Source: Poseidonia sp.
GTDB taxonomy: Archaea; Thermoplasmatota; Poseidoniia; Poseidoniales; Poseidoniaceae
Length of the DNA stretch: 64,000 nucleotides
Assembly: GCA_965661285.1 (NCBI GenBank)
Contig: CBFIDD010000001.1
Coordinates: 500,852 to 564,851, forward strand
Direction: 5' to 3'
Below are positions 7,867 to 17,500 of the stretch, piece by piece. Under the pieces are notes generated by a model that saw only the letters and a program-made list of their open reading frames with translations, had not been told where the DNA came from and searched no databases. A program made the position numbers and the translations under genes. The stretch's first letter is position 1; every line of letters starts with the position of its first letter.

Positions 7867-10800
7867 ATGCGTGCGTGGTTTATCACCGCTGTGTTGGTCG
7901 CCGTCGCATGGTCGCCGATGTTTTCTCCGACCGTCGAATTGGACAGGGGGACGCCCGCCAGCCATTCCAGTCCGCTCCAGGCCACCGTCTCACCCGCCAG
8001 TGGATGGACGAGCGGAGGCGAGGACATCACCATCACCGGCAATGGCTTTTTGGCCATGGCTGACAGAAACGTCACCTACGACGGCATCAATCACCAGTGG
8101 ACGACCTTAACCGCGGATTATGCTGACGAATCAGGACCCGAAAACGCCATCGTCGTTGATTCCAACGGCCACGTTCACATCGTCTACATCAACGGTGGAA
8201 ACCACAAGATCATGCACGCTGAGCACGATGGCACGTCTTGGAGTACGCAAGAGGTCGACGCCTGTGCTGGGAGTTATTGCTGGGACGCCCATATGGTCAT
8301 CGATGACAACGATGAACTCCATGTGACTTACTCAGCCCAAGGAGAAAAACTCGTCTATCAGCACTACGACGGTCAAGATTGGAACGGCGGCGTTGTCTCC
8401 TCCTACGCACGATTTGCACCGGTCGGCATCGCCGTTGACAGCAACAACCTCCCCCACATATCCTATTCCGCATCAGGTCAGTGGTGCGGTAATGGTCTCC
8501 GTCTTGCATCGTTCGACGGAAGCGTATGGACCACCCAGAGCGTTGATTCGGGGACAAACAAGGGTTGTGATTCTTCCATCGTGATCGACGAGAACGATCA
8601 CGTCTACATCGCCTACCAGGACCGAGACAATTCAAAGCTGAAATTCGCCACCAACAAAAGCGGTTCGTGGTTGAGTTATTCCCCTGATGCTTCCTCGTTT
8701 GGCAACAACATGTACCCGGGCTATTCCACCTCATTGGCCATGGATGATGACGGCGACTTTCACATCGCCCATTACGACAGCGATAACGAAGATTTGCGCT
8801 ACTCGACGGGCAGACCCAACGGCCAGTGGACCAACACCATCGTTGACGCTTCGGGAAATACGGGCAAAAATCCCTCCATCGCGGTTGACGCCGCCGGTGA
8901 TTTGCACATCGTCTACGCCAGTTGGTCGGGTTTTGACTTGAAGTACGCCACGCTCAAACCGTCCTCATCTTCCTCCTGGCAGAAAAGCCACATCCAGACG
9001 CAGAACATGGTCGGGGATTCAAACGCCATCTTCATCGACGACAACGGCATGATCCACGTTGCCTACAGCGACGACTCCAACGATGTTCTGAAGTACGCCA
9101 CGAAGTCCACCGGTGTCGTTGTCACCGACGAAATTACCGTGAAGTTTGGCCAGCTCGGGGCGGTTACGGGCGATGTGCTGGACGATGAGACCATCCAACT
9201 CACGACGCCGTCGGTCGCTTCGCCCGGTGTGGTCACCGTCTCCCTCATTGACGAGAATGGCGATGAGCACACCTTGGCGCCTTCGTTCGAATTCATTGAC
9301 CAAAACGACCTCGACGGCGACGGGGTGGCGAACGCTGCCGACGACTGTCCCAACGATGCAGGAACATCGACCCAAGATCGGGTTGGTTGCCCTGACGACG
9401 ACGGTGACGGGTACAGCAATGCAGGGGATGCGTTTCCCAACGACGCCAGCGAATGGATGGACAGCGATAGCGACGGAGTCGGCGATAACGCTGATGCCTT
9501 TCCCAACGACGCTTCCGAAACACTCGATTCTGACGGTGACGGCGTGGGTGACAACGCAGACATCTTCCCAAACAACCGATTTGAGCAGTACGATTCCGAT
9601 GGTGACGGCGTCGGCGATAACGCTGATGCCTTTCCCAACGACGCTTCCGAAACACACGACACCGACGGTGACGGCGTGGGCGACAACGCCGATGCCTTCC
9701 CATTGAACGCGTTTGAAACGATGGATTCCGATGGCGACGGCGTGGGCGACAACACCGATGCGTTTCCCAACGACCCCACAGAATCGGCAGATACCGACGG
9801 GGATGGCGTGGGCGATAACGCCGATGCGTTTCCCAACGATGCCTCCGAAACGACGGACAGCGACGGGGATGGCGTGGGAGACAACGCCGATACGTTTCCC
9901 AATGACGCCAACGAAAGCGTCGATGCCGATGGTGATGGCGTGGGCGACAACGCCGACCAGTGCCTTGACACGGAGGCGGGCGCCGTTGTGGACACTACCG
10001 GATGCCTGGTGGTCACCGATTCGGACGGCGACGGCGTGGCTGACGCCGACGACCAGTGCCCCAACGAGAACGCTTCGCAGGCCGACGATGACGGCGACGG
10101 ATGTCTGGACGACGATGACGATGACGGGGTGCTCAATGACGACGACGTATGTCCCTTCACCGACCCGGGAGAAACCATCAACGCCGAAGGATGCAGCAAC
10201 GGCCAGTTGAGCGTCTTGGACACCGACGCCGACGGGGTTTCCAACCTTGACGACCTCTGCCCCGATACACCTGCCAACATCAGTGTGGATGCGACGGGGT
10301 GTGCCGTCACCGACACCGGCGGTGGCGGGGACGATTCAGGCTCGCTGCTCGATGCCTTCCTTTCCGGCGACGCCGACCCTGTCACCACGACCGTTGGTAT
10401 CGGTGCCATTCTCATCGCCCTCTTTGGGCTGCTTCAAACCAATGCAGTGGCGGCCTTGCTTCCTGAGACCTTCCGATGGGTACAGGTGCTCCGAAACAAC
10501 ACCAAGTTGACCAAAGAAGAAGAAAACGAATTGACGTACTTGCAATCGTTGACCCAAGCCTACCACACCAACCCCGAAGAGTTGGCTGAGGAACTGGAGC
10601 AATTGCGCGGCGACCTCACCGCCCGGTATGCGAACAACGAGATCAGGAAGGAAACCCGAGAGAAGCTCATGACGCTGATTGACGATGTGTTGGCCGCATC
10701 GCCCGAGCAACTGAACCGCATCGCTCACAACGACGCCTACTTTGGCCTCGCCGGGGCCATCGACACCGAAGACCGCACCCTCCTGCTCAACGAAAAGTTG

Positions 10801-11004
10801 GCCATGACGGCCCCCGCAGGTACTGCTCCAGCCGCCGCACCTCCCGCCTCACCTCAACCAACCCACGCCCCAAGCGAGCCCACAATCACGGCGGTGGGGA
10901 CGGTCAAGGACGACGGATACGAATGGATTGAATGGCCCCAAGGCAGCAGCACTTGGTACTACCGAACAGCGCATTCACGCACACGTTGGACCAAGTGGCA
11001 TTGA
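7867..11004 (+). CDS. Large surface protein: IPT/TIG + beta-propeller + thrombospondin type-3 repeats + TM + cytoplasmic tail
   Basis: Signal peptide; VSPASGWTSGGEDITITGNGF (TIG); repeated SIAVD.NG..HISY blades; DxDGDGVGDNAD repeats; TM; C-terminal GYEWIEWP..WYYR motif. Confidence 0.88.
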   Translation: MRAWFITAVLVAVAWSPMFSPTVELDRGTPASHSSPLQATVSPASGWTSGGEDITITGNGFLAMADRNVTYDGINHQWTTLTADYADESGPENAIVVDSNGHVHIVYINGGNHKIMHAEHDGTSWSTQEVDACAGSYCWDAHMVIDDNDELHVTYSAQGEKLVYQHYDGQDWNGGVVSSYARFAPVGIAVDSNNLPHISYSASGQWCGNGLRLASFDGSVWTTQSVDSGTNKGCDSSIVIDENDHVYIAYQDRDNSKLKFATNKSGSWLSYSPDASSFGNNMYPGYSTSLAMDDDGDFHIAHYDSDNEDLRYSTGRPNGQWTNTIVDASGNTGKNPSIAVDAAGDLHIVYASWSGFDLKYATLKPSSSSSWQKSHIQTQNMVGDSNAIFIDDNGMIHVAYSDDSNDVLKYATKSTGVVVTDEITVKFGQLGAVTGDVLDDETIQLTTPSVASPGVVTVSLIDENGDEHTLAPSFEFIDQNDLDGDGVANAADDCPNDAGTSTQDRVGCPDDDGDGYSNAGDAFPNDASEWMDSDSDGVGDNADAFPNDASETLDSDGDGVGDNADIFPNNRFEQYDSDGDGVGDNADAFPNDASETHDTDGDGVGDNADAFPLNAFETMDSDGDGVGDNTDAFPNDPTESADTDGDGVGDNADAFPNDASETTDSDGDGVGDNADTFPNDANESVDADGDGVGDNADQCLDTEAGAVVDTTGCLVVTDSDGDGVADADDQCPNENASQADDDGDGCLDDDDDDGVLNDDDVCPFTDPGETINAEGCSNGQLSVLDTDADGVSNLDDLCPDTPANISVDATGCAVTDTGGGGDDSGSLLDAFLSGDADPVTTTVGIGAILIALFGLLQTNAVAALLPETFRWVQVLRNNTKLTKEEENELTYLQSLTQAYHTNPEELAEELEQLRGDLTARYANNEIRKETREKLMTLIDDVLAASPEQLNRIAHNDAYFGLAGAIDTEDRTLLLNEKLAMTAPAGTAPAAAPPASPQPTHAPSEPTITAVGTVKDDGYEWIEWPQGSSTWYYRTAHSRTRWTKWH
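9394..9960 (+). repeat. Coding tandem repeat, 66-nt/22-aa units (TSP3 Ca-binding), 8 full plus 1 partial
   Basis: Consensus DSDGDGVGDNADAFPNDASET; a 46-nt block is identical at 9478-9523 and 9610-9655. Confidence 0.9.
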
Positions 11005-11129
11005 ATCCGAGGGTACGCTTCGATCCAAGCGGGCTATGAATGCTTGAACGAAGACAAAAAATATCGGAAAAAATTTTATCATTTCATTTTGGAGTATAAC
11101 GACCATGTCTGGAGAAGTCCAGTGGCGAC

Positions 11130-11405
11130 TTGGTCGCACAAGCTTTCCATGAGAATGCAACGGTTGTTGGGTATCTCAACGGAGATTTCCTTCAACTTCC
11201 AACCCCCGATTTCGCTGGTTTTGTATCAGCACAAGAGCCTGGCGCAGTCGAGTACGAAGTGTTGTCCTTGGAGATCAACGGAGACACGGCAACAGCAAAA
11301 GTGAGGGATACCTACCTTGGAATCACGTTCTTGGATTCATTGACGCTTGTCAACGAAGGTGGAACCTGGTCAATTTACTGCAAGGCCTTCCACGTCGAAG
11401 CTTGA
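11130..11405 (+). CDS. NTF2-like (putative lumazine-binding) protein, apparently 5'-truncated
   Basis: AFHENA..G, EINGDTATAKV, FLDSLTLV..GTWSIYCKAF. An in-frame TAA at 11097 leaves no room for the usual first helix. Confidence 0.6.
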   Translation: MVAQAFHENATVVGYLNGDFLQLPTPDFAGFVSAQEPGAVEYEVLSLEINGDTATAKVRDTYLGITFLDSLTLVNEGGTWSIYCKAFHVEA

Positions 11406-11421
11406 GCCGTGAGGAGAGCCG

Positions 11422-14400
11422 TCAGCCCCAGAAGCGGCGGGTGCGAGCGTATTCAACCTCAGCCCTGTGGATCGCTTGGAGCAGACCGTCGGTATCGCCG
11501 GGTGAAACCTTCACCAGCAGACGATTGGCCGTGGCTTCTGCGACCCCCCGCCCCATCAAACACATGATGGCTTCAAGGCCACGGTTGGCCACCAAATCGG
11601 CGTTCTTCATCATCCGGTCTTGGTCTTTCTGGTCCTCGGATTTCACCCAGCCCTCCAGCATGTCTTGAAGGCCTTCTCGTGCACAAGCAAGGCGTTTGCC
11701 ACCGCACTTCAAGCACGTTCCCGGGCGCTCCATCGCCCCAAAACGGGCGACTCTGAACCGACGGACGGCGTTGCAACGCAAGCAACAGAGCACCGCGCGC
11801 TCGTTGGTTAATCGACCGCGAAGACGTTCCCGAAGGGCAGCGTTGTCCCAGTTGGGCAGCAGCATGTCGTCCTGTGTTCGATTGGAAAGCCCGAGCGGCC
11901 CCCGAGCGGTGATGGTCAGTGAAAGGACGCCGGACTGCAACCCGCGCAACACGTCGGTTGCACCGCGCACGTCCATGCGTTCGTGGAACAATTTGGAAAG
12001 CACCTCCTCCATGACGACCGTTCCTCGGTACTTGCGAAGCAGCGCTTGGAGGTTGATGCGACGGGGGTCAACGCCGTGGCGGAGAATGCCGAAAATTTTC
12101 GCAACCTGTGCAAACCGCCAGCGAACTTGCCGGGAATTCGGCACCGTGATGCTGAGCAATTGTTCAATCGCTTCGGGCGGTGTTTCCATGAGCCAGGCGA
12201 CGATGTCTTCGGGACGAACACCGCTCACCTGCAGCGCAATTCGGGTGGGTTCGACGATGAGCCGACCCCAACTCCCTGATTTGGTGGAGGCCATGGCAAG
12301 GAGGAAATTTCCGATGGCCTCGTTGATTTTAGAGCCTTGACAGCAATTCAACACGAAGGCGTCGTCTCGCTCCTCAAGCGTCATCACACGGTCGGTGGGC
12401 AGCGTACCGGTGGCGTCCACGTGGGCTGCGATGGTTTCAGCGAGCATGCTCCTCGCTTCGTCGTCGAGGGGATAATCGGCCAGCGATTGCGAACGGGTTG
12501 GGACGAGGCCGAGCGGGTCCAGGTCCGGGGGTGCGGGCGCATCGAGCAGACCGAGGTCGTGCGCGATGACATGACGGAGGTAGCCCACATCCCGTGCCAC
12601 CGATTCGGGAACGGGGGGCAATTCACCCAACCACTGCGGAGCTTTGCCGTGGTCGTTGACGGGAGCGACGAGCAGTTCGGACTGCTCGGGGTCAGCGTCC
12701 ACGATGAGCCACGTTCGCCCGGCGATAACGAAACGACGAGGTGTGCCGTCGTCGTCCTCGCCCGCATCGTTGAGACTGAGAACGAAGGCTTCGTCCACGT
12801 TGCCTAAACTGCGGCGTGTGACGGCGTCACGCACCCTGTAGGTCTTCTTGTCGGGAATCATCGAGAGGTGATTGGACACCCACTGGCGAGTTTTCCCTGC
12901 CGTGGAGAACCAGCCTTTGGCAAAGCGCTTGGGAACATCGACCGTGCGCTCGGTGTAGCGACGTGGTACTTCTTCATCGGGCACGTTGTACAGCGGCAAG
13001 TCCTCTGGAAGGTCTTCGCCGCGTGCTGCTGCCGCCTCTCGTGCCTCGGCATAGACCGCCTTCGGCCAGCGATACCACGGTAATTCGCTCGGTGTTGGCG
13101 TGAAACGAATGACCCAACGCTCGGCGAGAACCTGGAGGAGGGCTTCGGTATCGGGGCGCTTCCAACCTTCGAACTGCGGTGCTGCAGCGATGAGCGCCGT
13201 CGCTTCATCAATGCTGACGGCTTTGAAACAGTGGGCCATGAGCACCAGCTGATTTGCGGCGATGACGCCAGGTCGTTTCCTCCACACCACCGGTTCAATC
13301 TCCCCGTTCATGGCGCGTTGGGCGACCACCGCCGATTCGAGAAGATGGTCAACGTCCCACGAGATGACGTGTCCCCTGCCAACACCGCCCAAACGGTGGT
13401 CGGCCCGTCCGACGCGCTGAAGCATCCTGTCCACAGATTTTGGTGAATGCACCTGAACGATTCGCCGCACACTGCCGACGTCAATACCGAGCTCCAAACT
13501 CGAGGTGCAGACCAGTCCTGCCAGCGTCCCATCCCGAAGTTCATCCTCCATTTGTTGCCGAGTTTCGGCCGCCAGGGAACCGTGGTGGACGCCGATCTTG
13601 AGGTCGGGGGCCATGGCCTGAAGACGGGTGGAGAGCGTTTCCGCATCGCTCCGGCTATTGACGAACACCAAGCACGGTGCTTGCGTTCTCAAAATATGAC
13701 ACAGATGGCGGTAAGAGGCATGTTGCTTCGGACTCAGGGTATGCTCGACGCTGTCGATTTCGTCTTCCGCCGTGGGCATGGGGGATTCAACGGTTAACTC
13801 GGTGTCACGCTGGCCGGTGGTGATGAGGGGTTGGGCTTTGTTGGGCGAAAGCCAGTGCGCCACGGCGTCGGGGTTTCCAACGGTTGCAGACAGGCCAAGG
13901 CGCTGCACTTCTCGTCCCGCCAGGGCTTCAAGACGCGACAGCCCGATGCCCAATTGCCAGCCACGCTCGGAGGCAGCGAGGTCGTGAACCTCATCGATCA
14001 CGACGGCTTGAACGGTGCTCAGCATCTTACGCAGATTCTTCCCGCTGAACATGAGCTGGAAGGTTTCCGGCGTGGTCACGAGCAGGTGCGGAGGATTTCG
14101 GGTTTGTTTGGCTCGCTGCGATTGACTGGTGTCGCCGTGGCGAACGTCCACGCGCAAACCAACGCTTTCAGCCAGTTCCTTCAGTCGACGGTCGACGTCC
14201 CTGTTCAAGGCTCGCAGCGGCGTGATGTACAGGATGGAAAGCGGCGACCAGCCTTCCGTGAGACAGCGATGGAACAGCGGAAGTATCCCCGCCATGGTTT
14301 TTCCCGAGCCGGTTGGGGCAATGACAAGACGGTCATGGCCTTCCACAATATCCGGAATGACGTTTTCCTGAACCGGCGTGGCTTGCCAGCCCTTTTCCTC

Positions 14401-14448
14401 AAGTGCGCTGGCCAGGGTTGGGTGAAGCAGAGAAAACACGCGTGACAT
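11422..14448 (-). CDS. lhr: Lhr-family ATP-dependent DEAD/H helicase
   Basis: APTGSGKT, YITPLRALNRD, RHGDT, TTPET, DEVH, GLSATVGN, HHGSL, TSSLELGIDVG, QRVGRA, C-terminal CxxC..CxxC; GGTGGGGAG SD. Confidence 0.93.
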   Translation of the reverse strand: MSRVFSLLHPTLASALEEKGWQATPVQENVIPDIVEGHDRLVIAPTGSGKTMAGILPLFHRCLTEGWSPLSILYITPLRALNRDVDRRLKELAESVGLRVDVRHGDTSQSQRAKQTRNPPHLLVTTPETFQLMFSGKNLRKMLSTVQAVVIDEVHDLAASERGWQLGIGLSRLEALAGREVQRLGLSATVGNPDAVAHWLSPNKAQPLITTGQRDTELTVESPMPTAEDEIDSVEHTLSPKQHASYRHLCHILRTQAPCLVFVNSRSDAETLSTRLQAMAPDLKIGVHHGSLAAETRQQMEDELRDGTLAGLVCTSSLELGIDVGSVRRIVQVHSPKSVDRMLQRVGRADHRLGGVGRGHVISWDVDHLLESAVVAQRAMNGEIEPVVWRKRPGVIAANQLVLMAHCFKAVSIDEATALIAAAPQFEGWKRPDTEALLQVLAERWVIRFTPTPSELPWYRWPKAVYAEAREAAAARGEDLPEDLPLYNVPDEEVPRRYTERTVDVPKRFAKGWFSTAGKTRQWVSNHLSMIPDKKTYRVRDAVTRRSLGNVDEAFVLSLNDAGEDDDGTPRRFVIAGRTWLIVDADPEQSELLVAPVNDHGKAPQWLGELPPVPESVARDVGYLRHVIAHDLGLLDAPAPPDLDPLGLVPTRSQSLADYPLDDEARSMLAETIAAHVDATGTLPTDRVMTLEERDDAFVLNCCQGSKINEAIGNFLLAMASTKSGSWGRLIVEPTRIALQVSGVRPEDIVAWLMETPPEAIEQLLSITVPNSRQVRWRFAQVAKIFGILRHGVDPRRINLQALLRKYRGTVVMEEVLSKLFHERMDVRGATDVLRGLQSGVLSLTITARGPLGLSNRTQDDMLLPNWDNAALRERLRGRLTNERAVLCCLRCNAVRRFRVARFGAMERPGTCLKCGGKRLACAREGLQDMLEGWVKSEDQKDQDRMMKNADLVANRGLEAIMCLMGRGVAEATANRLLVKVSPGDTDGLLQAIHRAEVEYARTRRFWG

Positions 14449-14528
14449 GGTCTCCCCACCCTCGTGGAGTATGCCTCTGCCCACTGCATTTGAGGATTTG
14501 GCTCTGAGCAGGCGGCTGTTGCCGGCTC

Positions 14529-17500
14529 TCAATCATCGTCTTCATCGTAGTCGTCGAAGTCGTCATCATCGTCTTCGTCTTCCCAATCGGCCTCGTCTTC
14601 GTCGAAAGCACCCTCACCGTAATCGATGGAGGTCTTGGTCGCCACGGTAAACACGATCGCCAACGTCATGATGCTGAGAATGGCGAACATCCACGCAAGC
14701 GGTTGCTCACGGACCGAATCGAACCATCCAAGGTACTGGCCGTAGGCGATGGTGACGGCGTGTTCGGCCGAGTTGTCATCGTCGTTGGCTTCGGGGACCT
14801 CGTCCTCGGCATCAACAACCACACGAATTCGGTCGACGTCTTCGGATTCCCAAACCACGTTCACCGAGTAGAGTTCGCCGGCGTCAATACCGTTCACTCG
14901 AACGACTTCGAAGGGCTCGTCACTTGAACCCGAATAGAAGGCGACCTTGAATTGCTGCGAGGTGTTTCCGCCTGCGTTGTAGATGTCCGCACGGACGTCG
15001 ATGTTCGCACCGGGAGCGATGTGGTCGTCACTCATGGCGATGTTCTTTACGCGAAGTTCGGGACCGACGGCTCCCAACCGTACCCACTGGCGCTCGAAAT
15101 CCGTATCTTCAGAGGCGAGTTCAGGGATGGGGCTGGCTTCAGAATTGGAGACGACGGGGAACTGGTTGCCCGCCGCATCGTAGCCGGTCATGTAGAAGCC
15201 GACGAAATCGCCCGCTTTCGGTATGACCGTTCCGCCCGCTGTGATGTCAACCACACCGGTCCACATCACGTTCTGGCCGTCCTGCTGCATCCCCAACAAC
15301 GTTGAGCCTGCACCGATGGTCATCGTTCGCGTGGCGTCTCGCATAACCCAGTGAACGAGTTGCTTTGAGCCGGTCAAATCGGCGTCCTCCGTTCCTTGGA
15401 ATTCGACTTCGATTTGCGTCAAGTCGTTGTTGGCCGAAATGTCGATGACGTTGAGCGGTGCAATGCGTCGAGTCACACGGGGTGCAGCGTCGTCAACGAC
15501 GACCTGGAGCGTGGTTGAAACCAAGGTTCCCGTCATGTCTTCGCCACGACCTGGAATATTGGTAATGGAGATGAGACACGTTCTGGATGGCGAGGATTGG
15601 AGGGTCGATGCCGAGGAGAGTGGCACTTCAACAGCGTAGCCACCATCTGCGGTCAACGAGCCGTCGGACCAGAGTTTCTCACCGTCAAAGACCTCGACGA
15701 GGATACCCACATCTCGAGGAGCGGGGGTTTGGCTGCCCTCGTAAACCACGCGGCCGGTGAAGGCCAAACGGTCGTCCTTGCGCACCCGGCTGCCATCGGC
15801 AACAGGACCGGTGCGAGGCTCGCTGATGTCCTCAACTTCGAAATCAGCCGGGGCCAGCATCAAATCGTTTTCAACACGGAAGGTGTGTTCGAGCAATAGA
15901 ATACGGGAGGCATCTGAACTGCCCAGTTCCTTGTACATCAGTGCCACATCGCCCATCTCTTCGTCAGGCCAATCCCAGCTGAACTTGAAGTGGAAATCAA
16001 GCATGATCCACGGCAGCCCCGACTCGTTGGTGGTCTGCATCATCGTGCTCGTTGGAAGCAGGTGAATGTAGGGTGAATCGGACCAGAAGGTGTTGTTGGT
16101 TCCCGAATAGGAGATGGATTGAGCGTCTCGAGCCGGGTTGGGACCTTCAAAGTCAAACACCAAGGAGATGAACTCGAAGTCAATCGCCGTGTTGGCGTCG
16201 ATAAATCCGAGCGAAATCGTCTGCTCCATGCCGGCGTACACCGGTTCATTGTCCTCATGACCAAACCATTCGAGGCCGGTGAAGATGGCGGACGAATCCT
16301 TGCGTGTTCGGAAGGTTGCGTCGTCGTAGAGGAAGCCTTCCGAGGATTCGAAGGAAAGGAGTTCGTCATCGTCGTTCATGACCGTGAAGTGGAGTGGGTT
16401 GCCTGCTTGGTCCCCGCCGTCCCAGAAATACGACACGCGCCCCATGTTGGGGTTTCGAGACGTGTCAATGGTCGTGATGAACCACTTCGCTCGAGCCTCT
16501 GTCGTGTTGGTGACCGTCTTCACCACGTACTCTTCGGGGTCGGCCTCACCGTTTCGGTTGGCATCATGGTCGGCTTCAACCCAGTAATTGAGTTCCAGTT
16601 CCATGGGGTGGCCAACCTTGTCATCAACGAGGACCTGGACGGTTTGCTCGGTGGTCGCTGCTTCGTAAGCATCCTCAACTGGTGCAACTTGCTTGCGTTC
16701 TGGATGGGTCGCATCAACGAGGTAGGTGCGTCGCCACTCCGCATTGGGTTGTTGCACGTGGTCGGGGTTTCGCTCGTTGTAGGTTTGAACTTCGTACGTC
16801 AGGCCGTCCGGGACGTCGATGTTCGGGAGATCGATGGAGACAAAGAACGAGCCGTTGTTGTTCGTCGTGTCCCTGGCCGTCGATTCCACGTAGCCGTTTC
16901 GCGAAATCCGTACGTCAAACGCACTGTCTTTGGGCGCGTCGTCCGTGTCTTGGAACCACATGGCGCCCACAAAGTGGAGTTGCTCGCCCGCCGCGACCCA
17001 TGAACCGTCTTCGACGTCCATGGAGGTCAGTTCACCGTCGTTGTCGCGCACGTTCAACCAGCCGAGGCCGAAGGAGCGATTCACACGGAGACCTTCCTCG
17101 GAGGTCAGCGGTTCGGGTGCGAAACCTGCGGTTCCGCTGTCGTCCAGACAACCCACGCGGAAACGAACGTTGTCTTGGTCCGGCATCTCGCTGGTGACGA
17201 AGAACTTCCAGTGAATTTCCAAGATGCCGTTGCTCTCGACCGAGTACGAAGTGGGGTCGACCTCAATGTACTGCGAAGGGTCGTTCGGGTCAGGGAACAC
17301 GTCCCCGTACTGCCAGGAGAGAATCGGCCAGTTGGCGGCACTTCCAGCGGTCATGAGGGTCAACTCGGCGCTGACCATCGAGTTCGCAGATTCACCGATA
17401 ACGTGTCGGGATACGACTTCGTAGGGCGTGATGCGCTCGTGAAGAACCTCACCTTCGGGGATGGTCAAATCGAGGTTGACCGTTTGCATGACGTAGGTGA

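Noticed and set aside
9394-9960. Regularly spaced repeats as a possible CRISPR array
   Set aside because: In-frame degenerate 66-nt coding repeats (TSP3) with synonymous variation, no unique spacers and no cas genes.
9063-10415. Long antisense ORFs (e.g. 9063..10415, 2273..3247, 4723..5658, 30729..31745, 59484..60539)
   Set aside because: Shadow frames of GC-rich coding genes on the opposite strand, with no recognisable motifs.
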